IMG/VR virus record: IMGVR_UViG_3300022700_000177
Span: 1-64,000 of that record
Origin: a virus
Length of the DNA: 64,000 nt
Reading direction: 5' to 3' (one strand)
Part shown: piece after piece, positions 45,703-55,518 of the stretch
Position numbering within the stretch: the first letter of the stretch is position 1
Layout of the letters: every line of letters begins with the position of its first letter
Translations under genes and position numbers: made by a program
The notes under the pieces: model-generated
What the model saw: only the letters and a program-made list of their open reading frames with translations
What the model was told of the DNA's origin: nothing
Database searches by the model: none

Positions 45703-46539
45703 ATGAATAAAGCTGTTTTTGATCCAATTTTTATTAAAGGAATGGATCTGGATGACACATGGTTTCAATTGCTATACAACTTAAAACATCATGGAAGACA
45801 ATACTATATAGACGAAGGTTCATATGCAGGGCAGTATCGTCTGGCATTTGATTTTGTATCTGGTGTTGTACAATATCCTCATCAAAGACCACTGGCTCCA
45901 CGTATTCCTGAGTCCAGCCCTTTGCCTCCTCCAGCAACAGATGAAGAGATAGAGCAGTATTTTGCAAACTATCTTATGGATAGTGAGATTGCTGTAAATG
46001 AGGATTATCGCTATGCTACATGGATTGTTGGTGGTGAATATACTTTACCAAAAGCAAAATTGCTACTGGAGCAAACTGAGGTTGAAATAAGCAAAACCTC
46101 CCCATCCATGGAATACATAACAAGAAAATTTAAAACAGTGACCGAACAAAAAATTGAAGTCCCAAATCAGGTGCAATGGTTAATTGATCATTTCAAGGAA
46201 AAGGGTCATGGAAATGAACATGGATTTATTACTATTGGGTATCCTGAGTCTAATTTTGCTTATGACATTCCATACCAAAACGAAAATGAACGTAGGACTT
46301 CTCCTTGCTTACGTGGTCTGGACTTTCGCATTATTGATGGCAGGCTTACTACTCATGTTGTTTATAGGAGTTGGGACCTTGTTGGGGGTTGGCCCACTAA
46401 CATGGGGGGTTTTACGCTACTCAATGAATATATTGCCCAAGAAATAGGGGTTGATCCTGGACCACTCACATTTTCCTGCAAATCCCTTCATGCTTATGAT
46501 CATGCCCTCAATTTTCTAAATCAAAGGGTGGGAGGTTAA
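45703..46539 (+). CDS. thyA: thymidylate synthase family protein (dUMP-type)
   Basis: SPCLR catalytic Cys, YRSWD..GWPTN, SLHAY. Confidence 0.8.
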   Translation: MNKAVFDPIFIKGMDLDDTWFQLLYNLKHHGRQYYIDEGSYAGQYRLAFDFVSGVVQYPHQRPLAPRIPESSPLPPPATDEEIEQYFANYLMDSEIAVNEDYRYATWIVGGEYTLPKAKLLLEQTEVEISKTSPSMEYITRKFKTVTEQKIEVPNQVQWLIDHFKEKGHGNEHGFITIGYPESNFAYDIPYQNENERRTSPCLRGLDFRIIDGRLTTHVVYRSWDLVGGWPTNMGGFTLLNEYIAQEIGVDPGPLTFSCKSLHAYDHALNFLNQRVGG

Positions 46540-46673
46540 AATGAAAAAGAATAAAAAGAAAGAAATACAATGTAGGTATTGCGGTAAAAAGTATTTGGCA
46601 ACCCCTCAGAAATTGTATTATAGGGGGCCAGTATGTCATAGGTGTTTAAATACAATTAATAAAGGAGCAGTAA

Positions 46674-48908
46674 ATGGAATACAGTGATAATGCAAAGAAA
46701 ATTTATGAAAATCTTTATCTTGCAAGGAATAATAAAGATGAGATTACCGAAAACATTTATATGTGTCATCAAAGGGTGGCAAAATCTTTAGCTGTAAATA
46801 AAGAAGAGGAAAAAGAATTCCTCACCCTTTTGAATGAAAAGAAGTTCAGACCAAACACCCCTGTAATGCTTAATGCCGGGATAAATCCAGACTTGTCCCT
46901 ATTTGCCTGTTTTATCCTTGATTTAGAAGACAGCATGGAGTCCATCATCGAAATGTGGGCTACTGTTGCAAAAATATATTCAGGGGGAGGGGGCGCAGGA
47001 ATACCAATTACAAATCTTAGAGGGGCAGGGGAGAATATATCTACTGGTGGGCAAGCTTCTGGTCCAGTTTCTTATTCAAGGGTGGTTCAAAGTATTAGTG
47101 ATCAAGTACGTTCAGGAGGACGTGGAAGAAGAGCAGCAAACCTTTTATCATTTTGGTACAAGCACAAAGACATCTTTGATTTGATAAAAATGAAAGATGG
47201 AAACAATGATTTCTCTGCAATAAATATTTCAGTACTTTTGGACAATGCCTTTTTTGTCTCACCATTAAAAGAGGATGAAGAACTATTGGATGAAATTGCA
47301 AGACAGGCATGGAGAACGGGAGATCCTGGCTTGTTGTTTTATAACGCCATCAATGAAAAAAATCCATTTCCTTCTATGGGAGATATTATTTGTGGAAATC
47401 CTTGCACAGAAATAGTCCTGCCCCCTTGGTCTGCATGTAATCTTGGGAGTATGAACCTAAATAGATATTGTGGTGAGACCGCATTTGATATAAGTGAGTT
47501 TGGAAAGGATATTGATGTAGCAGTAAGATTTCTAAACAGAGTTATTGACAAAAGCAGCTATCCAAATTCTAAATTCAAAGACATGATGAAGAAAACAAGG
47601 CCAATTGGTTTGGGCCTTATGGGGTTCGCTGATTTGTTATACAGGCTTAGAATTCCATACAACAGTCAAGAAGCACGTGATCTATTCAGCCAAATAACAA
47701 TGATTCTCACCAAAAAGGCTTACAAAAGCTCAGTAAGACTTGCTCAAAAAGAAGGGAGAACTGTGTCTTGTCCAGAGATGGATAAAACCCATTTTCTCAG
47801 TCTTCAGAACAGTTTTGGGATAGAAAACCCAACCCTGGAAATTGCTAATTCAACTGTGACATGCCTGCCTCCAACCGGATCTACTGCTATATCAGCAGAC
47901 TGTTCTTATTCTTTTGAACCGCAAATGGCACTCGTATGGACTAAGAAATTAACAGACTCCAGCGACACTCTAATCTTTGTAAACGAGTATTTCCTTGACT
48001 ACTGTGCTGAACATGGCATTGGAATAGATGAAAACATCAAAGAAAGAATACGGGATAATATGGGGAGTATTCAAGGTATGGATGATGTGTTTCCAAAGGA
48101 ATGTCAGGAAATATTTGTGACTGCACATGACATTCACTGGAAAGACAGAATTGAAATGCAAGCTGAAGGTCAAAAGAACATTACAATGGCAATCTCCTCA
48201 ACAATAAACCTCCCAAATTCTTCTACAGAAAAAGATATAAAAAATGCTTACCTTTATGCCTGGAAAAAAGGACTCAAAGGTATAACAGTTTATCGTGACG
48301 GAAGCAGAGAAGAGCAACCTGTAAACTTTGGCAATAAAGTAGAAACTACCATTGAAAACTTCGATCACACCTATGTTCAAGAAAGACCACAAGAGCTTTT
48401 TGGCAGAACTGTGAAGATGAAAACTGGGAGTGGGGAATTATTCTTAACCATTAATGAGTTGAATGGTGTTCCATTTGAAGTCTTTGCTACTATAGGAAAA
48501 GGCGGTAGAAGTATGGCCGCAAAGGCAGAGGCCATTGGCAGACTTGTTTCTCTTTGTTTGAGAGCGGGAATAAATGTTGAGCAGATTGTAAAACAGCTTG
48601 AAGGAATTGGCGGTGATTATCAAATATTCCAAGAGGGAAGGCTGATAAAGAGTATTCCTGATGCAATTGCTAATGTTTTAAAGACATATAAAGATGAAAA
48701 ACCCAATGATGGGAAATGGAATGAAGATCCTGCAATGGAAGAACTTCTTCAAGACATTGCAGACATGAAAGAAACAATAAAAAACCCAGTTGGATATTCT
48801 CCAGAATCAATATGCCCCCAATGCGGTCAGCCTACATTGAAACGTGATATGGGATGTCGTGGAGGAATATGTGTAAATCCGGATTGTGGGTTCTCAAACT
48901 GTTCATAG
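46674..48908 (+). CDS. nrdJ: class II (B12-dependent) ribonucleotide reductase with TSCPD-like C-terminus
   Basis: PNTP, NPCTE, CNLGS, PPTGS, YRDGSR, SIPDAIA. Confidence 0.88.
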   Translation: MEYSDNAKKIYENLYLARNNKDEITENIYMCHQRVAKSLAVNKEEEKEFLTLLNEKKFRPNTPVMLNAGINPDLSLFACFILDLEDSMESIIEMWATVAKIYSGGGGAGIPITNLRGAGENISTGGQASGPVSYSRVVQSISDQVRSGGRGRRAANLLSFWYKHKDIFDLIKMKDGNNDFSAINISVLLDNAFFVSPLKEDEELLDEIARQAWRTGDPGLLFYNAINEKNPFPSMGDIICGNPCTEIVLPPWSACNLGSMNLNRYCGETAFDISEFGKDIDVAVRFLNRVIDKSSYPNSKFKDMMKKTRPIGLGLMGFADLLYRLRIPYNSQEARDLFSQITMILTKKAYKSSVRLAQKEGRTVSCPEMDKTHFLSLQNSFGIENPTLEIANSTVTCLPPTGSTAISADCSYSFEPQMALVWTKKLTDSSDTLIFVNEYFLDYCAEHGIGIDENIKERIRDNMGSIQGMDDVFPKECQEIFVTAHDIHWKDRIEMQAEGQKNITMAISSTINLPNSSTEKDIKNAYLYAWKKGLKGITVYRDGSREEQPVNFGNKVETTIENFDHTYVQERPQELFGRTVKMKTGSGELFLTINELNGVPFEVFATIGKGGRSMAAKAEAIGRLVSLCLRAGINVEQIVKQLEGIGGDYQIFQEGRLIKSIPDAIANVLKTYKDEKPNDGKWNEDPAMEELLQDIADMKETIKNPVGYSPESICPQCGQPTLKRDMGCRGGICVNPDCGFSNCS

Positions 48909-48917
48909 GAGGTTGTC

Positions 48918-49028
48918 ATGACAAAGAAAGGTACCCCAAAAAGAGACGGTAGTGGTAAAGGACAAAGAGCAAATAGAGGTAGGGGAGGCTGTACTCCACC
49001 AAAAGACAAGAATAAAAGGAGCAAATAA
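48918..49028 (+). CDS. 36-aa Gly/Arg/Lys-rich peptide (not in ORF track)
   Basis: AGGAGG RBS; MTKKGTPKRDGSGKGQRANRGRGGC. Confidence 0.55.
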   Translation: MTKKGTPKRDGSGKGQRANRGRGGCTPPKDKNKRSK

Positions 49029-49477
49029 TGCCAGATATCCTTATCAAAAAGCAACCCAACTTCCCTGAAGGGGCTGAACATTCTATAAAGTTTCAAAAAG
49101 AAGATGACGCTTGCTTTGATCTTGTTTGTGCTGTTTATCCATATATAGAAATCAATCATAATCAAGTTTCTAAGGTATACACAGGTATTTCAATGGAAAT
49201 ACCAAAAGGTTATGAACTTCAAATTAGGCCAAGATCAGGGTTGGCATTGAAATACGGAATAACTATTGTAAACTCACCTGGAACGATAGATTCAGGATAT
49301 AGAGGAGAAATTATTGTACCAATGATAAAGATGACCTCTGGTACTTATAAAATTTTTCCAGGTGATAGAATTGCCCAGGCAAAATTATCCATTGTACCCA
49401 ATACCAAAATAATTTTTGTAAATGAGCTTTCTGAATCAGAAAGGGGTTCAGACGGCTTTGGGAGTACAGGAGTTTAA
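49028..49477 (+). CDS. dut: trimeric dUTPase
   Basis: RSGLA, GTIDSGYRGE, RIAQ, RG.DGFGSTG. Confidence 0.95.
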   Translation: MPDILIKKQPNFPEGAEHSIKFQKEDDACFDLVCAVYPYIEINHNQVSKVYTGISMEIPKGYELQIRPRSGLALKYGITIVNSPGTIDSGYRGEIIVPMIKMTSGTYKIFPGDRIAQAKLSIVPNTKIIFVNELSESERGSDGFGSTGV

Positions 49478-49478
49478 T

Positions 49479-50738
49479 ATGGAAAAAAAGAAAGTATTAT
49501 TCATAGGGGTTCACCCATCAACTGCTACCGGAAACGGTAACATGATGATGGGAATTGCATCTCAAGTTGATAGAGAAAAGTATGAACCCTATTTCCTAAC
49601 CAATACCTTTAATATGGATTTTGAAAGGTATTTAGAAGACAAAGATATCATTGATAACATCATTCCAGCAAGAAACACTGATAACGAAGATTATTGGGGT
49701 AAGCAAACGGTTGTTAGTTTAATGGGCACTGGTTACTTCGATTTGTGTTTCTTTGTCGGTGCTGACATATGGATTTATATTGACATTTTTGATCATATTG
49801 AAAAACTCAAAAATACGGAAGGATTTGAATGGGGTTTCTTATTCCCGTATGATCTCCCCTATGCAAGAGAAGATTGGATGCAATGGATTAATACTATACC
49901 TTTTCCATATGTTTATTCCGAATTTGGTTATAATATTATAAAGGATTATGTAAAAAGAATACAATATTTCAGACCGCCAAATGGAAATAAGGAAATTCAT
50001 ACAACTGAATATGAAACTTTTAATAGAGACCACTTAAAGAAAAATTTCTTTCAAGATATTGATGTAGAAAAAACTGTTATATTGGGGACAATTGGTCCTA
50101 ATCAGAAAAGAAAGAACATAGCAAGGCAGATGAAAGGCTTTGGCATTGCCAGAAAAAAACTGAAAGAAAAGTTTCCAGAATTGGAGATGATTTACTATAT
50201 CCATGCGTCACCAACAGGATATATTGATATTAACAGGTTTGCAAAAGATTATGATTTGACTGGCGGTATTATTAGAACAAAGCCTTCTGATATAAAAGTG
50301 GATGAAAAGACAATGAAAAAGCTCATTTGTTCCTTTGACTGTTTATTGAATTGTTCTTTTCAAGAAGGCTTGTCATGGACAGTATTGGAGGCAATGCTTT
50401 GTAAAACACCTGTAATTGCATCAAAATCAACTGGGCATATTGAATTGCTTGAAGATGGAAATGGTATCTTAGTCACTCCGTACGAAACTGACTTCCTAAA
50501 CTTAATGACAAAAAGCGGACCAAATCCCATTGAAATAAAAGCTTGTGATCAACACTCTATTGCAAATGCCATTGAACAGTTTGTAACCAATTACGAACAA
50601 GTTCCGGCGTTGAAAGAAAAAGCATATAATAAAGCTATTGAATGGTTATCTGGAGTAAATGATATAAACAAAATACTTGATGATATGGTTAATAGAATTG
50701 AAAAGAGTAAAAACGAAGTATGGGGGATGGAGCTGTGA
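49479..50738 (+). CDS. GT4-like glycosyltransferase
   Basis: NQKRKN, EGLSWTVLEAM. Confidence 0.85.
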   Translation: MEKKKVLFIGVHPSTATGNGNMMMGIASQVDREKYEPYFLTNTFNMDFERYLEDKDIIDNIIPARNTDNEDYWGKQTVVSLMGTGYFDLCFFVGADIWIYIDIFDHIEKLKNTEGFEWGFLFPYDLPYAREDWMQWINTIPFPYVYSEFGYNIIKDYVKRIQYFRPPNGNKEIHTTEYETFNRDHLKKNFFQDIDVEKTVILGTIGPNQKRKNIARQMKGFGIARKKLKEKFPELEMIYYIHASPTGYIDINRFAKDYDLTGGIIRTKPSDIKVDEKTMKKLICSFDCLLNCSFQEGLSWTVLEAMLCKTPVIASKSTGHIELLEDGNGILVTPYETDFLNLMTKSGPNPIEIKACDQHSIANAIEQFVTNYEQVPALKEKAYNKAIEWLSGVNDINKILDDMVNRIEKSKNEVWGMEL

Positions 50739-51859
50739 GTAAAATAGGAATAAGATGGAAGGGGCCTTCCCTTGATCCAAGTGGTTATGGGGAGGCCACA
50801 AGGAATTATATAAAAGGGTGTTATTATTCCGGACTCTTTGATATTCAAGTAGAACCTTGGAATTTTGAAAAAAAAGACGGAAGTTTCTATGGCGATAGTG
50901 GTATTTTAGTAGAGAAACTAAAAGAAAATAAAGTAGATCATTCAGTTGTTTTTGTCCACTGCGTACCAAATCAGATTTCAGGTTTCATTGAGCCTGGAAA
51001 ACTTAACGTAGGATACTCTACTTGGGAAACTGATAGGATTCCAAAGCATTGGGTTAAAAACATCAACAACCATTTTGATCTTCAATTAGTACCATCAGAA
51101 TATAACAAACAGGTATATATAAATAGTGGAGTTACGGTTCCTATTGAAGTCCTGCCTCATTGTATTCATATGGCAGAAATAGACTCTATACCTGCTGCCG
51201 ATTTAGAAATGTATGCAAACAAATTCAAATTTATTTCGGTATTTCAATGGACAGAAAGAAAGAACCCAATAGGGTTATTGAAAGCCTATTTTGCTGAATT
51301 TTGGGAACACAATGATGTGGTTTTAATACTAAAAAGCTATAGAAGCAACGCCTCACAAATTGAGCAAGACAAAATTATTAATGACATCAAGCATTTAAAA
51401 AATGATATGGATTTACCTAAGTACCCTCCTATATATTTCATAGGGAGTTTAATTCCACATAGAAATGTATTTGAACTTTACAAAGCAAGTGACTGTTTTG
51501 TACTACCTTCACGTTCAGAGGGCTTTGGTATCCCTATTCTTGAAGCAATGTCCTGTAGTTTACCTATTGTCACAACTAATTATGGAGGAGGTAAAGAGTT
51601 ATTATATGAGAGTGCCTCAAATGTGGGTTATTTTGAAACACCCGTATGTGGAATGCCTTGGATTCCTTATTATGATTCAACACAGCTTTGGGCAGAACCA
51701 AATATTGCAGATTTAAGATTTCACATGCACAAAATGTACATTTCAAATAAGGAATCAATTGAAAAAGAAAGTAAATGGTCTTATAAACGAGCTTGGAATT
51801 TTGATATATCAACTATCTCAAAAAAATTCTATGAAATACTGAAAAAATATGGAGCTTAA
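50735..51859 (+). CDS. GT4-like glycosyltransferase
   Basis: SGYG, WETD, ERKN, EGFGIPILEAM. Confidence 0.88.
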   Translation: MSKIGIRWKGPSLDPSGYGEATRNYIKGCYYSGLFDIQVEPWNFEKKDGSFYGDSGILVEKLKENKVDHSVVFVHCVPNQISGFIEPGKLNVGYSTWETDRIPKHWVKNINNHFDLQLVPSEYNKQVYINSGVTVPIEVLPHCIHMAEIDSIPAADLEMYANKFKFISVFQWTERKNPIGLLKAYFAEFWEHNDVVLILKSYRSNASQIEQDKIINDIKHLKNDMDLPKYPPIYFIGSLIPHRNVFELYKASDCFVLPSRSEGFGIPILEAMSCSLPIVTTNYGGGKELLYESASNVGYFETPVCGMPWIPYYDSTQLWAEPNIADLRFHMHKMYISNKESIEKESKWSYKRAWNFDISTISKKFYEILKKYGA

Positions 51860-52682
51860 TATGAAAATTGCATGTGCCCTATTTGCATATAACAGACCTC
51901 ACTATTTGAAACCAGTGTTAAAATCTATAATTGGAAATACTCATTTTGATAAGGTAGACTGGTATATTATTCAAGATAGTCCAGAATATATAATGCCTAA
52001 TAAAGAAAAAAGTGTTATAAAGGAACATATAAAACCAGTTAAAGAAAGCACTGAAATTCTCAAAGATTTCAGCAACTACAAAAATGTAAAAGCCCTAAAA
52101 ATTAATCTTATAAATCAAGGAATCCCAAGAAACAAAAGTATGGTACATGATTTGGTTATCAAAGGAGGGTATGATGCCGTAATATTCTTTGAAGATGATT
52201 TGATTGTAAGCAGATATTATATAAGACTTCTGACCGAATTATTCAGTCAATTCCCCAAATATATTATTTCAGGTAGCGATTTGACAAAAGGGGAACAATT
52301 TGAAAACCCTAAACTGAATGAAATAGCAAGGTTCAATTGTCATTGGTGGGGTTATATAATGGGTATAGACGTAATTGAAATGCTACAACCCCATTTACAG
52401 GAATATATTAATGTTATTGGGCCTTGTTATCCAAAGAGACCCCATGAATTTATAAGGAAAAAATTTGGTATTCATGTTACTTCTCATGATGGATTTATTG
52501 AAAAAGTAACCAAAGACTATGGAATACAAAGGCTAAACTTTTGCTTACCAAGAAGCAGATATATTGGTGCTGTTGGAGTACATTCAAAACAAAGTATGTA
52601 TGAAGGAGCGGGTTTTAATAACTTTAAGGATTTTGAATTTGAAGAGGATGCAACCTTAACAGATTTTGTATGGAGAGATTAG
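51849..52682 (+). CDS. GT-A fold glycosyltransferase
   Basis: LFAYNRPHY, FFEDD, IGAVGVH. Confidence 0.8.
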   Translation: MELNMKIACALFAYNRPHYLKPVLKSIIGNTHFDKVDWYIIQDSPEYIMPNKEKSVIKEHIKPVKESTEILKDFSNYKNVKALKINLINQGIPRNKSMVHDLVIKGGYDAVIFFEDDLIVSRYYIRLLTELFSQFPKYIISGSDLTKGEQFENPKLNEIARFNCHWWGYIMGIDVIEMLQPHLQEYINVIGPCYPKRPHEFIRKKFGIHVTSHDGFIEKVTKDYGIQRLNFCLPRSRYIGAVGVHSKQSMYEGAGFNNFKDFEFEEDATLTDFVWRD

Positions 52683-52683
52683 C

Positions 52684-53649
52684 ATGAAGAAATCTATTGT
52701 TTGTGGTGCAGGCGGTTTTATAGGTTCTCACTTAGTCAGGGCATTGAAAGAGAGAGGTGACTATGTTATTGGGTTTGATCTTAAAAAACCAGAATGGCCT
52801 GAAATGGATTGTGCAGATCACTTTATTATCAAAGATTTAAGGAAATTAGAAAGATCCCATTTCTTTAAAAATGTGAAAGAAGTATATCAGCTTGCTGCTG
52901 ATATGGGCGGGGCAGGATTTGTTTTTACAGGTGAAAATGATGCTGCAATAATGCATAACTCCGCATTAATAAACCTAAACGTACTTGAACTTTGCAGGAT
53001 TTATAATGTAAAGAAAGTTTTCTATTCCAGTTCAGCTTGTATCTACCCAGAATACAACCAACTCGATCCCAACAACCCAATATGCAAAGAAGAAACAGCT
53101 TATCCAGCAGAACCAGATAGCGAATATGGATGGGAGAAGCTTTTCAGTGAAAGACTTTATTTGTCTTACCAAAGAAATTATGGTATGGATGTTAAGATAG
53201 CAAGGTACCATAATATATTTGGGCCTTTTGGTACATGGAGAGGAGGAAGAGAAAAAGCACCAGCAGCCCTATGTAGAAAAGTTGCAGAAGCAATACTGAA
53301 TAAAAGCAACAGCATTGAAATTTGGGGCGACGGTAACCAAACCCGTTCTTTTCTCTACATTGATGAATGTGTGGAAGGTACAATTAAACTTATGGAATCT
53401 GATCTTACAGGTCCATATAATATTGGGTCAAGCGAAATGGTTTCTATCAATGAGCTTGCTGAGGCTATTATGGTGATTGGAGGTAAACAGCTTTACCTAA
53501 AACACATTGATGGCCCACTTGGAGTTAGAGGAAGAACTTCTTATAATGAAAATATTGCAGAGGATCTTAAATGGAGACCCTCCCAACCGCTATTTAAAGG
53601 ACTGGAAAAAACTTATAGATGGATTGAAAAGCAGGTATTCCATGATTGA
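52684..53649 (+). CDS. GDP-mannose 3,5-epimerase-like SDR
   Basis: GAGGFIG, LAADMGG, SSACIYP, YGWEK, GGREKAPAALCRK, GVRGR. Confidence 0.88.
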   Translation: MKKSIVCGAGGFIGSHLVRALKERGDYVIGFDLKKPEWPEMDCADHFIIKDLRKLERSHFFKNVKEVYQLAADMGGAGFVFTGENDAAIMHNSALINLNVLELCRIYNVKKVFYSSSACIYPEYNQLDPNNPICKEETAYPAEPDSEYGWEKLFSERLYLSYQRNYGMDVKIARYHNIFGPFGTWRGGREKAPAALCRKVAEAILNKSNSIEIWGDGNQTRSFLYIDECVEGTIKLMESDLTGPYNIGSSEMVSINELAEAIMVIGGKQLYLKHIDGPLGVRGRTSYNENIAEDLKWRPSQPLFKGLEKTYRWIEKQVFHD

Positions 53650-54166
53650 TCACAAAAGAAAAGTTGTATTTGTCCATATACCAAGGACAGGAGGTTCAAG
53701 TATTGAAAAAGGCTTTGGTATGATGGATCCACCAAAAAAGCATCATACAGCAAGTAAACTTGTGAATAGCAAAATAAAAGATTACACCTGGTTCAGCTTT
53801 ATAAGAAATCCATATACCAGAGCATTAAGTGCTTTCTTCCAACCCTACTATAAACATATAGGTTACAAAAGCAACAAGAGCTTCATATATTTTCTTGAAA
53901 GATGGAAAGATAATTTACCTGAATGGGAAAAAGGGTTTACTCAATCTGACTATATTGACTTACCAAACATCCTTGTTTTCAGATTTGAAGATAGAAAGGA
54001 TATTTTGAAATTAATGTCAAAAGTTTTTAATTTAACTGGAATTTGCAAGATTCATGAAAAGGAAACAGGAAGTAACAAACATCTTAATTTGTTGGGAGAA
54101 AAAGAAAAGAAGATGATACAGAGATTATTTCAAAAGGATTTTATGAGGTTTGATTATGATTTCTAA
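53642..54166 (+). CDS. sulfotransferase (Sulfotransfer_2-like)
   Basis: FVHIPRTGGSSI (5'-PSB), IRNPYTR..S (3'-PB), DF..FDY. Confidence 0.8.
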   Translation: MIDHKRKVVFVHIPRTGGSSIEKGFGMMDPPKKHHTASKLVNSKIKDYTWFSFIRNPYTRALSAFFQPYYKHIGYKSNKSFIYFLERWKDNLPEWEKGFTQSDYIDLPNILVFRFEDRKDILKLMSKVFNLTGICKIHEKETGSNKHLNLLGEKEKKMIQRLFQKDFMRFDYDF

Positions 54167-54695
54167 TGTGTTTGTTGTAGGTACTGGAAGATGTGGTACT
54201 ACTACTTTCATCCAGGCTTGTAACCATATAGTAAACTTTACTGCTGGACATGAAACTCGGATTACCAAATTTGGAGAGTCTCGATTTAAATATTCAAGGA
54301 ATCACATTGAAGCTGATAACAGATTAAGCTGGATGCTGCCTGATTTAATAGCCAGGTTTCCTGACTCTGTCCTTGTTCATTTAAGACGTGATGTAGATGA
54401 TGTCGCAAAGAGCTATTCAAAGCGCAGAGGACCTCGTTCCCTTGCTGACAATTTGATTCGTGGCATATTATATCAAGCAGATGTTGAACAGAACAGACAA
54501 GAAGTATTGAAATTTGGAATGGCAGTTTTGAGAAACAATGTGGATTACATATTAAAAAGGGTAAATAATAAGGTTTATTTCATTGATATTGAATACCCCA
54601 ATAACTCTTTTATAGACTTTTGGAATTATATAGGTGCAAAGGGCGACATTATTGCCGCCCTTGATTGTTTCAATTATCATTTTAATCAATCATAA
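54150..54695 (+). CDS. sulfotransferase-like P-loop protein
   Basis: FVVGTGRCGTT, VHLRRD....KS. Confidence 0.65.
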   Translation: MIMISNVFVVGTGRCGTTTFIQACNHIVNFTAGHETRITKFGESRFKYSRNHIEADNRLSWMLPDLIARFPDSVLVHLRRDVDDVAKSYSKRRGPRSLADNLIRGILYQADVEQNRQEVLKFGMAVLRNNVDYILKRVNNKVYFIDIEYPNNSFIDFWNYIGAKGDIIAALDCFNYHFNQS

Positions 54696-55507
54696 AAGGT
54701 TTGATAAATGTCAAGCATTGTCTTTTCAGGAAACCTACATCTAAGGAAGTTTGTTACGTTTGAGTTTCCATGAACAATAACATCAGATACCCTACCTAAA
54801 ACAAAGGTGTCAAGTAATACTTCATATGCGAGTTGAAGCTTGACACCTTTTTTATTTTCCTCTTTCTGTCTATGGGGCTCACCGTTCTTTGGTCTGATAC
54901 ATTCAAGATAATAAACCCTATCTATGCCATACTTTTTTGTGAACATATCAATGACAAGTTTTGCATCTGTAGCAAGAAAAATAGGTCTGGTTTTGGGGAA
55001 TTTATCTATGTATTCACAAAAAGCTTTGAATGGTAGATTATTTTGTAGCTCATAATGATTTCTCATCCACGCAGTCCCACCATGTAACCTCAATGGACCC
55101 CTACAATGCACACCAATAAAAGTTTCATTAGGAAGTCTGTTTTGTGTTTTCTGTATTAAATCCTTAACATTTGGTTTTATTTTGATGAATTTTTTTGCCC
55201 CTATTTTTCCAAAAGGTTGTTTTAGGGGTAAAAGTATTTGTTCTGCTGGAGGTTTTCCTGGCTTAATCACCTTGCGTCTATCCATTGAACCCGACATTCT
55301 TGGTAATTTAGAAAAATCAATATTTTGTTTGAATGGTTGTTCAAAGAACTCTGTCCAAACATTAATAAGACCGTTACCATAGTTGTTTCTTGATTCCCAA
55401 ACTACCTTGACACCGACATTTTGCATTGCACATTGATAACACCTATCAATTACTTGGTTTACCATTGCGAAAAATCCAGGACCGTTTTTTAATCTGAACT
55501 CATGCAT
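54686..55507 (-). CDS. NodZ/GT23-like fucosyltransferase
   Basis: GFFA, IGVHCRG, IFLATD, D...L....HGNSNV. Confidence 0.7.
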   Translation of the reverse strand: MHEFRLKNGPGFFAMVNQVIDRCYQCAMQNVGVKVVWESRNNYGNGLINVWTEFFEQPFKQNIDFSKLPRMSGSMDRRKVIKPGKPPAEQILLPLKQPFGKIGAKKFIKIKPNVKDLIQKTQNRLPNETFIGVHCRGPLRLHGGTAWMRNHYELQNNLPFKAFCEYIDKFPKTRPIFLATDAKLVIDMFTKKYGIDRVYYLECIRPKNGEPHRQKEENKKGVKLQLAYEVLLDTFVLGRVSDVIVHGNSNVTNFLRCRFPEKTMLDIYQTFYD

Positions 55508-55518
55508 AAAAGCCCCTA

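Noticed and set aside
102-54000. Many - strand ORFs opposite the + strand genes (e.g. 25755-26357, 37140-37553)
   Set aside because: Shadow frames of K/E-rich genes, lacking RBS and motifs
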